A stretch of DNA of 64,000 bases from Macrostomum lignano (Eukaryota): positions 310,001-374,000 of the forward strand of contig NIVC01000424.1 of the NCBI GenBank assembly GCA_002269645.1, given 5' to 3'. The position numbers and the translations under genes were made by a program. Positions 50,743-63,245 of this stretch are shown here, in pieces. Positions within the stretch are counted from its first letter, which is position 1; each line of letters begins with the position of its first letter. Below the pieces are notes generated by a model, which did not search any database, was not told the origin of the DNA, and saw only the letters and a list, made by a program, of their open reading frames with translations.

Positions 50743-52441
50743 ATGTGTGTCTGTCTGTCTGTATGTGTGTCTGTATGTGTGTCTGTCTGTCTGCCTGTCT
50801 GTCTGTCTGTCTGTCTGTCTGTTCGTCAGTTCAGTCCTCACCCGTCTCTGCTGCCTGGCGTCCTCAAGCTCCGCCATCAGCTGGTTGATGAGCTCCTGCT
50901 GTGCGTGCAAGAATTTGCAGCGCTGCTCCTCGTGCCTGAGCGCCGTGGTGAGCTGCCGGGCCAGCTGGATGTACAGCTTGTTGATGCTCTTCGGCGCGCA
51001 GCATCGCACGGCGAATATGATGCAAAATGTGCTGATGGAGGACGAGCCGGCGGCGCTCTTGCGGCGCTGCTGCGGACTGCCGGACCCAGCCGAACCAGTG
51101 GAGGAGGCTGTGCTGCCCGCATCCGGGATGGATGCTGGGCAGGAAGAATCGCCTTTGTTTGAGACACCTGAGATTGATAATTGTATAGGTGAGGGACTGC
51201 GAAGGATCTGCGCGTCTGGCCCAGCAACTGAGGATCTGGGAGGCTGATGGCCCAGCAACTGAGGATCTGGGAGGCTGATGGCCCAGCAACTGAGGATCTG
51301 GGAGGCTGATGGCCCAGCAACTGAGGATCTGGGAGGCTGATGGCCCAGCAACTGAGGATCTGGGAGGCTGATGGCCCAGCAACTGAGGATCTGGGAGGCT
51401 GATGGCCCAGCAACTGAGGATCTGGGAGGCTGATGGCCCAGCAACTGAGGATCTGGGAGGCTGATGGCCCAGCAACTGAGGATCTGGGAGGCTGGCCCAG
51501 CAACTGACACTCTGGGAGGCTGGCCCAGCAACTGACACTCTGGGAGGCTGGCCCAGCAACTGACACTCTGGGAGGCTGGCCCAGCAACTGACACTTTGGG
51601 AGGCTGGCCCAGCAACTGATACTCTGGGAGGCTGGCCCAGCAACTGAAACTTTTAGAGGCTGGCCTAGCAACTGAGGATCTGGGAGGCTGGCCCAGCAAC
51701 TGAGTATCTAGGAGGCTGATTGCCCAGCAACTGAGGAATTGTGAGGATCTAGGAGGCTGACTCACCAACAGCTCCAGCAGCCAGGCTCTCCGAGTAGCCC
51801 AGAAACACAACATCGTCCACCTTAATCTCAAAGGCCCGCTGCGTCATCACCGCTTTAGCTGACAGAATCGAAGCCAGAGCCTCATCCCGCAGGCAGACGG
51901 TGACTTCCGGTTGGTTTCCGGTTCCAGCCGATCCATTTCCGGCCCCGTTTCCGTTGGCAGTGTGCAGAGAGGAACAGGTTGGTTGAGTGCGGACCAGCAA
52001 GCTGAACTGACTGGAGATCGCGGCAGCGTCCGAGTCCAATAAGTCAGATGAGGCGGCGGCGGAGGCTGCAGCGGCGGCAGCTGCAGCAGCCATAGCGTTA
52101 GCCCCACTGCTAGATGAAGCTATGGCAGATTCTGCACCTGCCCTCACGCCAGTGTCAATGCTTGAGGAGCCTGCTGCTGCTCCAACGGAATTCACTGTCG
52201 ATGACTTGCTGGGACTGGAAGCTGCGGCTGCTGCTGCTGCTGCTGTTGCCGCCGCTGATTCTGCATCCACCGGACGTGAGGCTTGAGAAGCCGAAGCATC
52301 GCAGCTTGAAGCCAACGGCAGAGGCGGATAGCGGAATAGCAAGCGATCGCCAGTGGAACCGGAAGTGACTAGAAATATGCTGATTGGGTCTAACTGACCG
52401 GCGCCCCAGCGAGCGTAGGAGGTGCCATCGTGTATAGTCAT
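47391..52441 (-). CDS. NPRL3: GATOR1 subunit NPRL3, ~685 aa; exons 52441-51766, 51167-50842, 50476-50323, 49409-49000, 48517-48312, 47676-47391
   Basis: [72 protein letters not shown] and VDKFQPILV all match NPRL3. All five introns are phase-consistent; 2058 nt total. Confidence 0.93.
47815..48260. repeat. GTTGCTATGG-based minisatellite (33-bp units) containing X-box motifs, last NPRL3 intron
   Basis: GTTGCCATGGCAAC at 47990-48003; GTTGCTATGGCAAC at 48122, 48188 and 48221. Confidence 0.88.
48535..48900. repeat. 21-bp minisatellite (TGATGTGAATGGCGATATAAC)n
   Basis: Direct reading. Confidence 0.88.
49545..50250. repeat. 45-bp minisatellite, NPRL3 intron 3
   Basis: TTGCTTTAGAGACAAAATCTGAGACCACAGTGACACTT(C/T)CGAGTG units. 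Confidence 0.93.
51212..51760. repeat. 31/28-bp minisatellite, NPRL3 intron 1
   Basis: GGCCCAGCAACTGAGGATCTGGGAGGCTGAT units. Confidence 0.92.
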
Positions 52442-52624
52442 TTAGTATCGAAGCTAGCTTAAGCAGGAGAGTGGGTTAAAGAAATACTTTAGCTACTTAA
52501 CTGTTGAATAAAGAGTAGTCAAGTACGATTATTGGATTTTAATAGGAATTCAGAAGCTTAAAAAAGTTCAACTGTTTTATGAAGTGCTGGAAGTGACCTT
52601 CGTGGATTTTCAGTGAGCTGCCTT

Positions 52625-53600
52625 CAGGGTCCTTCAGTAGGTCACTGTCAAATCCAGGGCCCTTTAAAAAGTCACTGTCACATCCATGATTCTTCAATAG
52701 GTCACTGTCACATCCAGGATCCTTCAATAGGTCACTGTCACATCCAGGATCCTTCAATAGGTCACTGTCACATCTAGGATCCTTCAATAGGTCACTGTCA
52801 CATCCAGGATCCTTCAATAGGTCACTGTCACATCCAGGATCCTTCAATAGGTCACTGTCACATCCATGATCCTTCAATAGGTCACTGTCACATCCATGAT
52901 ATCCATCAATAGGTCACTGTCACATCCATGATTCTTCAATAGGTCACTGTCACATCCAGGATCCTTCAATAGGTCACTGTCACATCCGGGATCCTTCAAT
53001 AGGTCACTGTCACATCCATGATATCCATCAATAGGTCACTGTCACATCCAGGATCCTTCAATAGGTTACTGTCACATCCATGATTCTTCAATAGGTCACT
53101 GTCACATCCAGGATCCTTCAATAGGTCACTGTCACATCCGGGATCCTTCAATAGGTCACTGTCACATCCATGATATCCATCAATAGGTCACTGTCACATC
53201 CAGGATCCTTCAATAGGTTACTGTCACATCCATGATTCTTCAATAGGTCACTGTCACATCCAGGATCCTTCAATAGGTCACTGTCACATCCGGGATCCTT
53301 CAATAGGTCACTGTCACACCCGGGATCCTTCAATAGGTCACTGTTACATCCAGGATCCTTCAATAGGTCACTGTTATATCCGGGATCCTTCAATAGGTCA
53401 CTGTCACATACGGGATCCTTCAATAGGTCACTATCACATCCGGGATCCTTCACATAGGTAACTATCACATCCGGGATCCTTCAATAGGTCACTGTCACAT
53501 ACGGGATCCTTCAATAGGTCACTATCACATCCGGGATCCTTCACATAGGTAACTATCACATCCGGGATCCTTCAATAGGTCACTGTCACATCTAGGGTCC
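52625..53600. repeat. 30-bp minisatellite between POLE3 and NPRL3
   Basis: AATAGGTCACTGTCACATCCAGGATCCTTC units. Confidence 0.93.
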
Positions 53601-54262
53601 TTTCAGAGGCCGCTGAAAACCCTGTTTAGTTTCGACTACCAAAACAAGGTCTGATAACAACTGTCCTGACTGCAAAAATCAAAGCGATAAAAATTGCCAT
53701 TTTATTTTTCTATTAAAAATTAAATTGGACTGTTTTAAACGCAACATATATTTAGTTATTACTTCAATTATTATTCAAATGCAACATAGAAAAAAACACA
53801 AAAAATTACATGCGATCAAAAGAGAACCAATGCCATTTCGTATATAATTAATAGACATACTGTAACAGGATTACAAATGCTTTTGCAATAGAGAATATTT
53901 ATAATATCATAATTTAAGCAACGACTGCACACAGAACGAAATTGAGTTGAATTACAAAAAAGTACAAAAATGCATTTAGTTTATATAATCTGCTGTCGTA
54001 ATAATTGACACTATAATACCGGTACGACAGTTTAGATGATTACATACATGCGTAACACAAGGCTGGCGAGGTACCCAGCTAAAGTAAGTCGCAAAAATAC
54101 CCACTCGTAGAACTAACTAGATGACGACGCATTTAGCCTTAACAATACAGTTATAGTTACACCCGCCGTTTACCCAAAATTTGTCTAAGCTTCGTTCATA
54201 GGTAAGTCGCATTTTTGGCGGGTGGGGTTTACACATGTATGGATGGTTATAGTTATAATTAC

Positions 54263-54792
54263 TTAGAGAAACTCAATGGTATCAGCCTCAAACGAGACCA
54301 CATTATTTGGCACAGACCAAGGCTTGCTGTTGTCACTGACCTCGGCAGCAACTGGTGTGTCATCAGCATCCTTGCTGCCGGCCTTGTCTTCATCACACGA
54401 TGACGATGGCGCGTGAAACTGAACCAAAGCGTCGACATATGATCGGCGAGGCTGCTGAACTTGTTTCACCGGTGGAACAGGTGTCATCACCGGCTCTACC
54501 GGTGAAGCCTGGCTAGTGTCGCCTTCTTTGTCGTCAGTGCCGGACACAACCGCGTTCATGATGTCATCTAAATCGTCCAGAGTGGCAGTTGGACCGCTGT
54601 TGGCGTCGTTGCTAACATTATTATTGTTAGTGTTCAGCGTTTCAAAGTCTGCCAACGGGTCCTGCGGGCAGAAAGTGATGAATGCGTTGGATGAGGCTGC
54701 AGTGGGTCTGAGATAAGACACTGCCTAAATGTCTGTCTGTTTGTCTTAGTGTCTGTCTGCCTGTCAGTCTGTCTGCCTGTTGTCTGTCTGCC

Positions 54793-54831
<39 letters not shown>

Positions 54832-54868
54832 ATGTATGTGTGTCTGTCTGTCTGCCTGTCTGTCTGCC

Positions 54869-54909
<41 letters not shown>

Positions 54910-54983
54910 GCCTGTTTGTATGTATGTGTGTCTGTCTGTCTGTCTGCCTGCCTGTCTGCCTGTCTGTCTGCCTGTCTGTCTGC

Positions 54984-55025
<42 letters not shown>

Positions 55026-55164
55026 GCCTGCCTGTCTGTCTGTATGTATGTGTGCCTGTCTGTCTGCCTGTCTGTCTGTCTGTCTGTCTGCCTGTCTGTC
55101 TGTCTGTCTGTCTGCCTGTCTTTCTGTATGTATGTGTGTCTGTCTGTCTGCCTGTCTGTCTGCC

Positions 55165-55201
<37 letters not shown>

Positions 55202-55288
55202 GCCTGTCTGTCTGTCTGCCTGTCTTTCTGTATGTATGTGTGTCTGTCTGTCTGCCTGTCTGTCTGCCTGTCTGTCAGCCTGCCTGCC

Positions 55289-55335
<47 letters not shown>

Positions 55336-57506
55336 ATGTATGTGTGTCTGTCTGTCTGTATGTGTGTCGTCTGTCTGTCTTTCTGTGGCTGTGTGTGTCT
55401 GTCTGTCTGTTCGTCCGTGTGTGTCTACCTGCTCAAGCTCGGCATCCTCAGCATCAGCCTCATCGGCCGCCCCCCGCCCTCTGGTCCGCAGGCGCTCCAG
55501 GCACTCCCGGACAGCCGGCAGGAAGGCTTCGAATTCGGCTTCGACCAGAGCCAGCTCAACATCGGCAGCCGTCATCGTTTTGCGACCCTGCGGAGCCGCC
55601 GCCTTCTTGCTGTTCAACGGCTGCTTGCGAAAGACGCGACCTCGAGTAGATCGGTGCTGCCTGGTGTTGCGGGCGAAATTGAGATTGGTGATCATTGAGG
55701 TTGGGGTTGAACTGATGACAGTTAGGCCTACGTCCTCTCCTGTTCTTCTTTCCCACTCTCACTCTCTATCTCGCTATAAAATCTCTCACACTCTACCGGT
55801 GTCTTTTACTCTACCAGTCAAGCATTATATCCTACCTCACTCCTCTATATGTTTCTTCCCCACTCTTTACGTAGCTCTCCTCATACATTACTGTCTGCCC
55901 CCCTCTCTAATTGCCTCTCACTCTCTACCTGTCTCTCCCTCACTCTCAACCTGTCTCTCCCTCACTCTCTACCTGTCTCTCCCTCACTCTCTACCTGTCT
56001 CCCTCACTCTCTACCTGTCTCTCCCTCACTCTCTACCTGTCTCTCCCTCACTCTCTACCTGTCTCCCTCACTCTCTACCTGTCTCCCTCACTCTCTACCT
56101 GTCTCCCTCACTCTCTACCTGTCTCCCTCACTCTCTACCTGTCTCTCCCTCACTCTCTACCTGTCTCTCCCTCACTCTCTACCTGTCTCTCCCTCACTCT
56201 CTACCTGTCTCTCCCTCACTCTCTACCTGTCTCTCCCTCACTCTCTACCTGTCTCTCCCTCACTCTCTACCTGTCTCTCCCTCACTCTCTACCTGTCTCT
56301 CCCTCACTCTCTACCTGTCTCTCCCTCACTCTCTACATGTCTCTCCCTCACTCTCTACCTGTCTCTCCCTCACTCTCTACCTGTCTCTCCCTCACTCTCT
56401 ACATGTCTCTCCTTCACTCTCTACCTGTTTCCCTCACTCTCTACCTGTCTCCCTCACTCTCTACCTGTCTCTCCCTCACTCTCTACCTGTCTCTCCCTCA
56501 CTCTCTACATGTCTCTCCTTCACTCTCTACCTGTCTCCCTCACTCTCTACCTGTCTCTCCCTCACTCTCTACCTGTCTCTCCCTCACTCTCTACCTGTCT
56601 CTCCCCCACTCTCTACCTGTCTCTCCCTCACTCTCTACCTGTCTCTCCCTCACTCTCTACCTGTCTCCCTCACTCTCTACCTGTCTCTCCCTCACTCTCT
56701 ACCTGTCTCTCCCCCACTCTCTACCTGTCTCTCCCTCACTCTCTACATTCTACATGTCTCTCCCCCACTCTCTACCTGTCTCTCCCTCACTCTCTACCTG
56801 TCTCTCCCTCACTCTCTACCTGTCTCCCTCACTCTCAACCTGTCTCTCCCTCACTCTCTACCTGTCTCCCTCACTCTCTACCTGTCTCTCCCTCACTCTC
56901 TACCTGTCTCTCCCTCACTCTCTACCTGTCTCTCCCTCACTCTCAACCTGTCTCTCCCTCACTCTCTACCTGTCTCCCTCACTCTCTACCTGTCTCTCCC
57001 TCACTCTCTACATGTCTCTCCCCCACTCTCTACCTGTCTCTCCCTCACTCTCTACATGTCTCTCCCTCACTCTCTACCTGTCTCTCCCTCACTCTCTACC
57101 TGTCTCTCCCTCACTCTCTACCTGTCTCTCCCTCACTCTCTACCTGTCTCTCCCTCACTCTCTACATGTCTCTCCTTCACTCTCTACATGTCTCTCCCTC
57201 ACTCTACCTGTCTCTCCCTCACTATCTACCTGTCTCTCCCTCACTCTCTACCTGTCTCTCCCTCACTCTCTACCTGTGTCTCCCTCACTCTCACCTGGCA
57301 GCCTCGGCCAGCATGACATCATTAGCGGCCGCAGTCAATCGCAGAGCGAACGCAATCGCACAATCACCAATCAATTTCCTAGCGTCCTTAGCAACGGAAG
57401 CCGAGTCGGGTAGGGAAGACTTAATCAGACGATTGAGCACAGCTTGAGGCAGACCCAGCTGCTCAAACGTTGGACCAGTTTCTTCAGACTGAAACACAGA
57501 CACCAT
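54263..57506 (-). CDS. POLE3: Histone-fold protein POLE3/CHRAC17/DPB4, ~297 aa with long acidic tail; exons 57506-57295, 55711-55429, 54661-54263
   Basis: LGLPQAVLNRLIKSSLPDSASVAKDARKLI...AAND and RKTMTAADVELALVEAEFEAFLPAVRECLE match the POLE3 histone fold. The exon 2 acceptor could alternatively be the internal ACACCAG site. Confidence 0.85.
55920..57294. repeat. 22/20-bp minisatellite (CTCACTCTCTACCTGTCTCTCC)n, POLE3 intron 1
   Basis: Direct reading; it abuts the donor site. Confidence 0.93.
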
Positions 57507-57651
57507 TGTCAACTATAAAATATATTAGAAATTAGCGACACTGACTAATTTCCTATGCTAATGCATTATGAGTCATAATGCAAATAACAAATTCAGAATA
57601 GATATAAGAGTAAGTTATGTATTCTAGATAAATATAATCATTTTTTCATTC

Positions 57652-57657
57652 TTTATT
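57652..57657 (-). terminator. Candidate IGHMBP2 polyadenylation signal AATAAA
   Basis: TTTATT on the plus strand, about 330 nt after the stop codon; a similar signal for POLE3 lies at 53701-53706. Confidence 0.5.
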
Positions 57658-57983
57658 TTAACAATAACAGGTTCACACAGGATTCACACAGGAAGACAGT
57701 AAAAATGAGACGGCAGAGAGGACTAATCCAAGGGGGGCAGAGGGCCAATGAACGAGTCGCGTCAGAAAATATCTATAAAATGCCATTATGCATCTATCTA
57801 CTGAACTGAGTAGCTTAGACGCGATTTTGTCGAGCGGCCTTTGAGTAGCAATTTTACGATCTGCAGCAAATGAATTTAATATTAGATTTTGAGCAACCTC
57901 AGGCGCGCAACGCCTTCTGGCAACGAAAAGAAAATGCAACAACAACAGAAGGCCTTCTGTGTCAGCTTATTAATTGATAAAAA

Positions 57984-60900
57984 TTATTTCTTCTTGTTCT
58001 TCTTTTTATTGCCAGTTTTCGGTTGCGACTCCGCCGCAGAGGCAGCAGACGCCGGCCGCCTTGACTGCTCCATGTCGTCCAGCCTCGCCTCCAACCGGCG
58101 ATGCAGCTGGGCCCGTCGCACAGCCTCCCTGTTGGATTTTGGCGGCGCCACAGGACCGGAAGTGGCCGAACCGGAAGCGACTCGCCTGGCTGCCTCTCGG
58201 GCAGCCTGACCGCAGCCGTGAACTTCCGGTACGAAATGGCTAAAACAGTAGCGCCTGCGGCAGTGTGCGCAGCCGTGGCCTACAGTGCGGACTGGAGTTT
58301 TACAGTCCGGATAGCCGCACACGGAGTCCATGGCGGCGAATTCGGCTAGAAGGGCGTCGAAATCTTCTTCAGTGTTGTTGTCGACGGCTTCTGCTTGTTG
58401 CTTTTTCTTGTTGGCTTGCTGCTTTTTTATAGCGGACCCGTCCGATTTTTGATTGCTGGCCACGCCAAGGACCACTAATTGGGAGAGTTTTTGGCGGTGG
58501 CAAATTTTGTAATTTTATAAACTACTATTAAAATAAGCTTTAATAGTGCCCATGGCAACAGACTCAAACTATCATACACTGGGTATCCATGACAACAGGC
58601 TCAACTACACTGGGTGTCCATGGCAACGGACTCAACTACTCTGGGTGGCCATGCCAACAAACTCAACTATCATACACTGGGTGTCCATGGCAACATAATC
58701 AACTACGCTGGGTGTCCATGGCAACAGACTCAACTATCATACACTGGGTATCCATGACAACAGACTCAACTACACTGGGTGACCATGGCAACGGACTCAA
58801 CTACTCTGGGTGGCCATGCCAACAAACTCAACTATCATACACTGGGTGTCCATGGCAACAGACTCAACTACACTGGGTGTCCATGGCAACAGACTTAACT
58901 ATCATACACTGGGTATCCACGAAAACAGACTCAACTTCCCAGAGTGTCCATGGCAACAGACTCAACTACACTGGGTGTCCATGGCAACAGAATCAACTGC
59001 TTTGGGTATCCATGGCAACATACTTAACTACATTGGGTGTCCATGGCATCAGGAATCTCTTTGGTGTCCATGGTAACAGAAACTAGACCTACGCCAGTGG
59101 ACGTGACAGCAAAAAAGTCAATCGGTTGCCATGGAAACAGAAACTAAGGTCGCTAGCATAGGCTAAAGCCGGTGCTCGAGTGCATAGCAATCAACTATTT
59201 GTAAAATTCTCTTACCTCCAGTCTTTTTTTGGCTGCCCTTCTTGCCGCCCACAGCTCCAGCGGATTCAACCGCAGCCGAAGCGCCATCAACGGCCGCTCG
59301 CAACTGTCGATTTCGCATTGCCCGATCGCAGGCCACCCGGTGCAGTTCGGCGTTGCCAGGCGGCACCGGCTTGCCGCACACCGGGCAATCAGTGGCGTCA
59401 TTGGCAACCGGGCCGCTTGACAACGGATCGACCTTTGCGTTGCCAGCTGCTGACATTTGGTCAGACTCTGTTGCCATCTTGTCAGACTCTGTTGCCATCT
59501 TGTCAGACTCTGTTGCCATCTTGTCAGACTCTGACGCCGTCTTGTCAGACTCTGTTGCCATCTTGTCAGACTCTGTTGCCGTTTTGTCAGACTCTGACGC
59601 CGTCTTGTCAGACTCTGTTGCCATCTTGTCAGACTCTGATACCATCTTGTCAGACCCTGATGCCATCTTGTCAGACTCTGTTGCCATCTTGTCAGACTCT
59701 GTTGCCGTCTTGTCAGACTCTGCTGCCGTCTTGTCAGACTCTGATACCATCTTGTCAGACCCTGATGCCATCTTGTCAGACTCTGTTGCCATCTTGTCAG
59801 ACTCTGTTGCCGTCTTGTCAGACTCTGCTGCCGTCTTGTCAGACTCTGTTGCCATCTTGTCAGACTCTGTTGCCGTCTTGTCAGACTCTGCTGCGGTCTT
59901 GTCCGACTCTGTTGCCATCTTGTCAGCAGTCGCCCCAGAGACCTTAGATACAAGCAAGACTCTCCCGCCGCCTTCCCCAGCAGAATTTGCAGCATCATCG
60001 TCGACACTTCTGTGCTGAAGCCCGCCGATGCGTTCGCACTCCTGATGGAAAGTTACGAACCAAAGGAAAACTATTGTCAGGGCGATTCTTGAAGGGTAAC
60101 TGAGGGCAATTCTTGAAGGGTAACTGAGGGCGATTTTCAGGAGGAACTGAGGGCGATTCTCAAGGGGGAACTGAGGGAGATTCTCAAGGGGTTACTGAGG
60201 GCGATCCTTAAGGGGAACTGAGGGCGATTCTTAAGGGGGAGCTGAGGGCGATTCTCAAGGGGGAACTGAGGGCGATTCTTACAGGGGAATTGAAGGCGAT
60301 TCTTAAAGGGGAACTGAGGGCGATTTTTGAAAGTGGAACTTAAGGCGATTCTTAAAGGGGAATTGAGGGCGATTCTTGAAGGGGAATTGAAGGCGATTCT
60401 TAAAGGGGAACTGAGGGCGATTCTTGAAGGTGGAACTGAAGGCGATTCTTAAAGGGGAATTGAGGACAATACTCAAGGGGGAACTGAGGGCGATTCTTGA
60501 AGGTGGAACTGAAGGCGATTCTTAAAGGGGAATTGAGGACAATACTCAAGGGGGAACTGAGGGCGATTCTTGAAGGTGGAACTGAAGGCGATTCTTAAAG
60601 GGGTATTGAGGGCGATTCTCAGGGGTAACTGAGGACAATACTCAAGGGGGAGCTGAGGGACATTCTCAAGGGGGAACTGAGGGCGATTCTTAAAGGGGAA
60701 TTGAGGGCGATTCTTAAAGGGGAGTTGGGGGCGATTATTATAGGGGAACTGAGGGCGATTCTTAAGGGGGATTTTGACAGACTTCTCTAGCCGATTAGGC
60801 GTAAAAGGCCAGGGTAAATATGACATTTGTTCCTACATTAGTAAATAAAAGCCTCACCATCTAATTAGTGCTAATAATTAACAAATGCCTTACCTCGTGC

Positions 60901-62591
60901 AGCCTGGCTCTCTCGTAGGGATTCAGTCCGAGAAATCGAAGCTCCCCACCATCTTCTGTGGGAACAAATGCTACTCCGACAGCTGCAGCAGCTGACGACA
61001 AATTATCCAAAGAATAATTGGCTAACAGACGAATAACATTGATTAGCTGTTCGATGCGAGCTTCTTTTGCTTCTTTGTCTAATTTTTGCTGCTTTTTATT
61101 GTTGCCACATTTCTGTTGTTGCTTCTGGCTTTGACCGCCAGCTGATGGTTGAGATGGAGATGCCATCACAATGTCTGGGGAAGAAACAAAGAAAGCATAA
61201 CATAACTGTGCTACTTAGAAGCTTTGATTTTGGGGACTCTGGATACAGGCTTGCAGATCCCTGGATACAGGCCTGGAGATCCCTGGATACAGGCCTGGAG
61301 ATCCCTGGATAGGAGCTTGGAGATCCCTGGATACAGGCCTGGAGATCCCTGGATAGGAGCTTGGAGACCCCTGGATACAGGCCTAGAGATCCCTGGATAC
61401 AGGCCTGGAGATCCCTGGATACAGGCCTGGAGACCCCTGGATAGGAGCTTGGAGACCCCTGGATACAGGCCTAGAGATCCCTGGATACAGGCCTGGAGAT
61501 CCCTGGATACAGGCCTGGAGATCCCTGGATACAGGCCTGGAGATCCCTGGATACAGGCCTGGAGATCCCTGGATAGGAGCTTGGAGACCCCTGGATACAG
61601 GCCTAGAGATCCCTGGATACAGGCCTGGAGATCCCTGGATACAGGCCTGGAGATCCCTGGATAGGAGCTTGGAGACCCCTGGATACAGGCCTAGAGATCC
61701 CTGGATACAGGCCTGGAGATCCCTGGATAGGAGCTTGGAGACCCCTGGATACAGGCCTAGAGATCCCTGGATACAGGCCTGGAGATCCCTGGATACAGGC
61801 CTGGAGATCCCTGGATAGGAGCTTGGAGATCCCTCGATACAGGCCTGGAGATCCCTGGATAAAAGCTTGGAGATCCCTCGATACAGGCCTGGAGATCCCT
61901 GGATAGGAGCTTGGAGATCCCTCGATACAGGCCTGGAGATCCCTGGATATGGGCTTGAAGACACTAAATGATGTTGCGAATGCCAAGATTAATGATGGTC
62001 TGGAAACTCTTATAATGCTATAATAAACTAGCAAGTGAAAACTACATTGCTAAACTTATTAGAGATTAGCACTTAAAGAAAAAATGATTATAATAAATGA
62101 ATACCAATTTCTCACCGTCTAGCACATGCGCAAACTCGCTAGCAGACCTGACCTTCGCATTGGTCAGCAGATACTGAACAAATCCCGCTAGAACGCTGTC
62201 CCCCCGTCCAACTGTATCGCAGTCTCCGATGACGCACAGGTGTCGCCTAGCTCGAGTTACGGCTACATTTAATCGCCTATGCTCGGACAGAAAGCCAACA
62301 ATTCCTTTGCGATTGGATCTCACTAGAGAGATTATAACCGCCTCCTTTTCGCGTCCTTGGAAACCGTCCACTGAGCGAACTTCGACGCTTTGCAAATTGC
62401 TGGACGGAGTGGACTGCTGTTGCTGCTGCTGTTGAATGGCAAGTCGAATGTGTTCGACCTGAAGGTTGTACGGACTGATCACGGCTATGTCTGACGGAGC
62501 GAGACCGCTGGTAACCAGGGCCGATACGTGCTCTGCAAAGGGGCCAGTGTTTTGATTAGTGTAGGCTTTGGAATCTAACTGACTAACTAAT

Positions 62592-62630
<39 letters not shown>

Positions 62631-62711
62631 TTAACTAACTAACTAATTAACTAACTAACTAATTAACTAACTAACTAAATAACTAACTAACTAATTAACT
62701 AACTAACTAAT

Positions 62712-62762
<51 letters not shown>

Positions 62763-62851
62763 TTAACTAACTAACTAATTTACTAACTAACTAATTAACT
62801 AACTAATTAACTAACTAACTAATTAACTAACTAACTAACTAACTAACTAAT

Positions 62852-62886
<35 letters not shown>

Positions 62887-62919
62887 TTAACTAACTAACT
62901 AATTAACTAACTAACTAAT

Positions 62920-62962
<43 letters not shown>

Positions 62963-63205
62963 TTAACTAACTGACTAACTAACTAACTGACAAACTAACT
63001 GACTAACTAACTAACTTAACTAACTAACTGACTAACTAACTAACTGACTAACTAACTAACTAACTGACAAACTAACTGACTAACTAACTGACTAACTAAC
63101 TAACTTAACTAACTAACTGACTAACTAACTAACTAACCAGCTAACTAATTAACTAACTAACTGACTAACTAACTAACTAACTAATTAATTAACTAGCTAA
63201 CTAAT

Positions 63206-63245
<40 letters not shown>

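Noticed and set aside
54749-57447. 855-, 532- and 500-aa ORFs, and all [22 protein letters not shown] and QGRFSWW ORFs elsewhere
   Set aside because: They are translations of micro- and minisatellites, open in several frames at once, and many are antisense to real introns.
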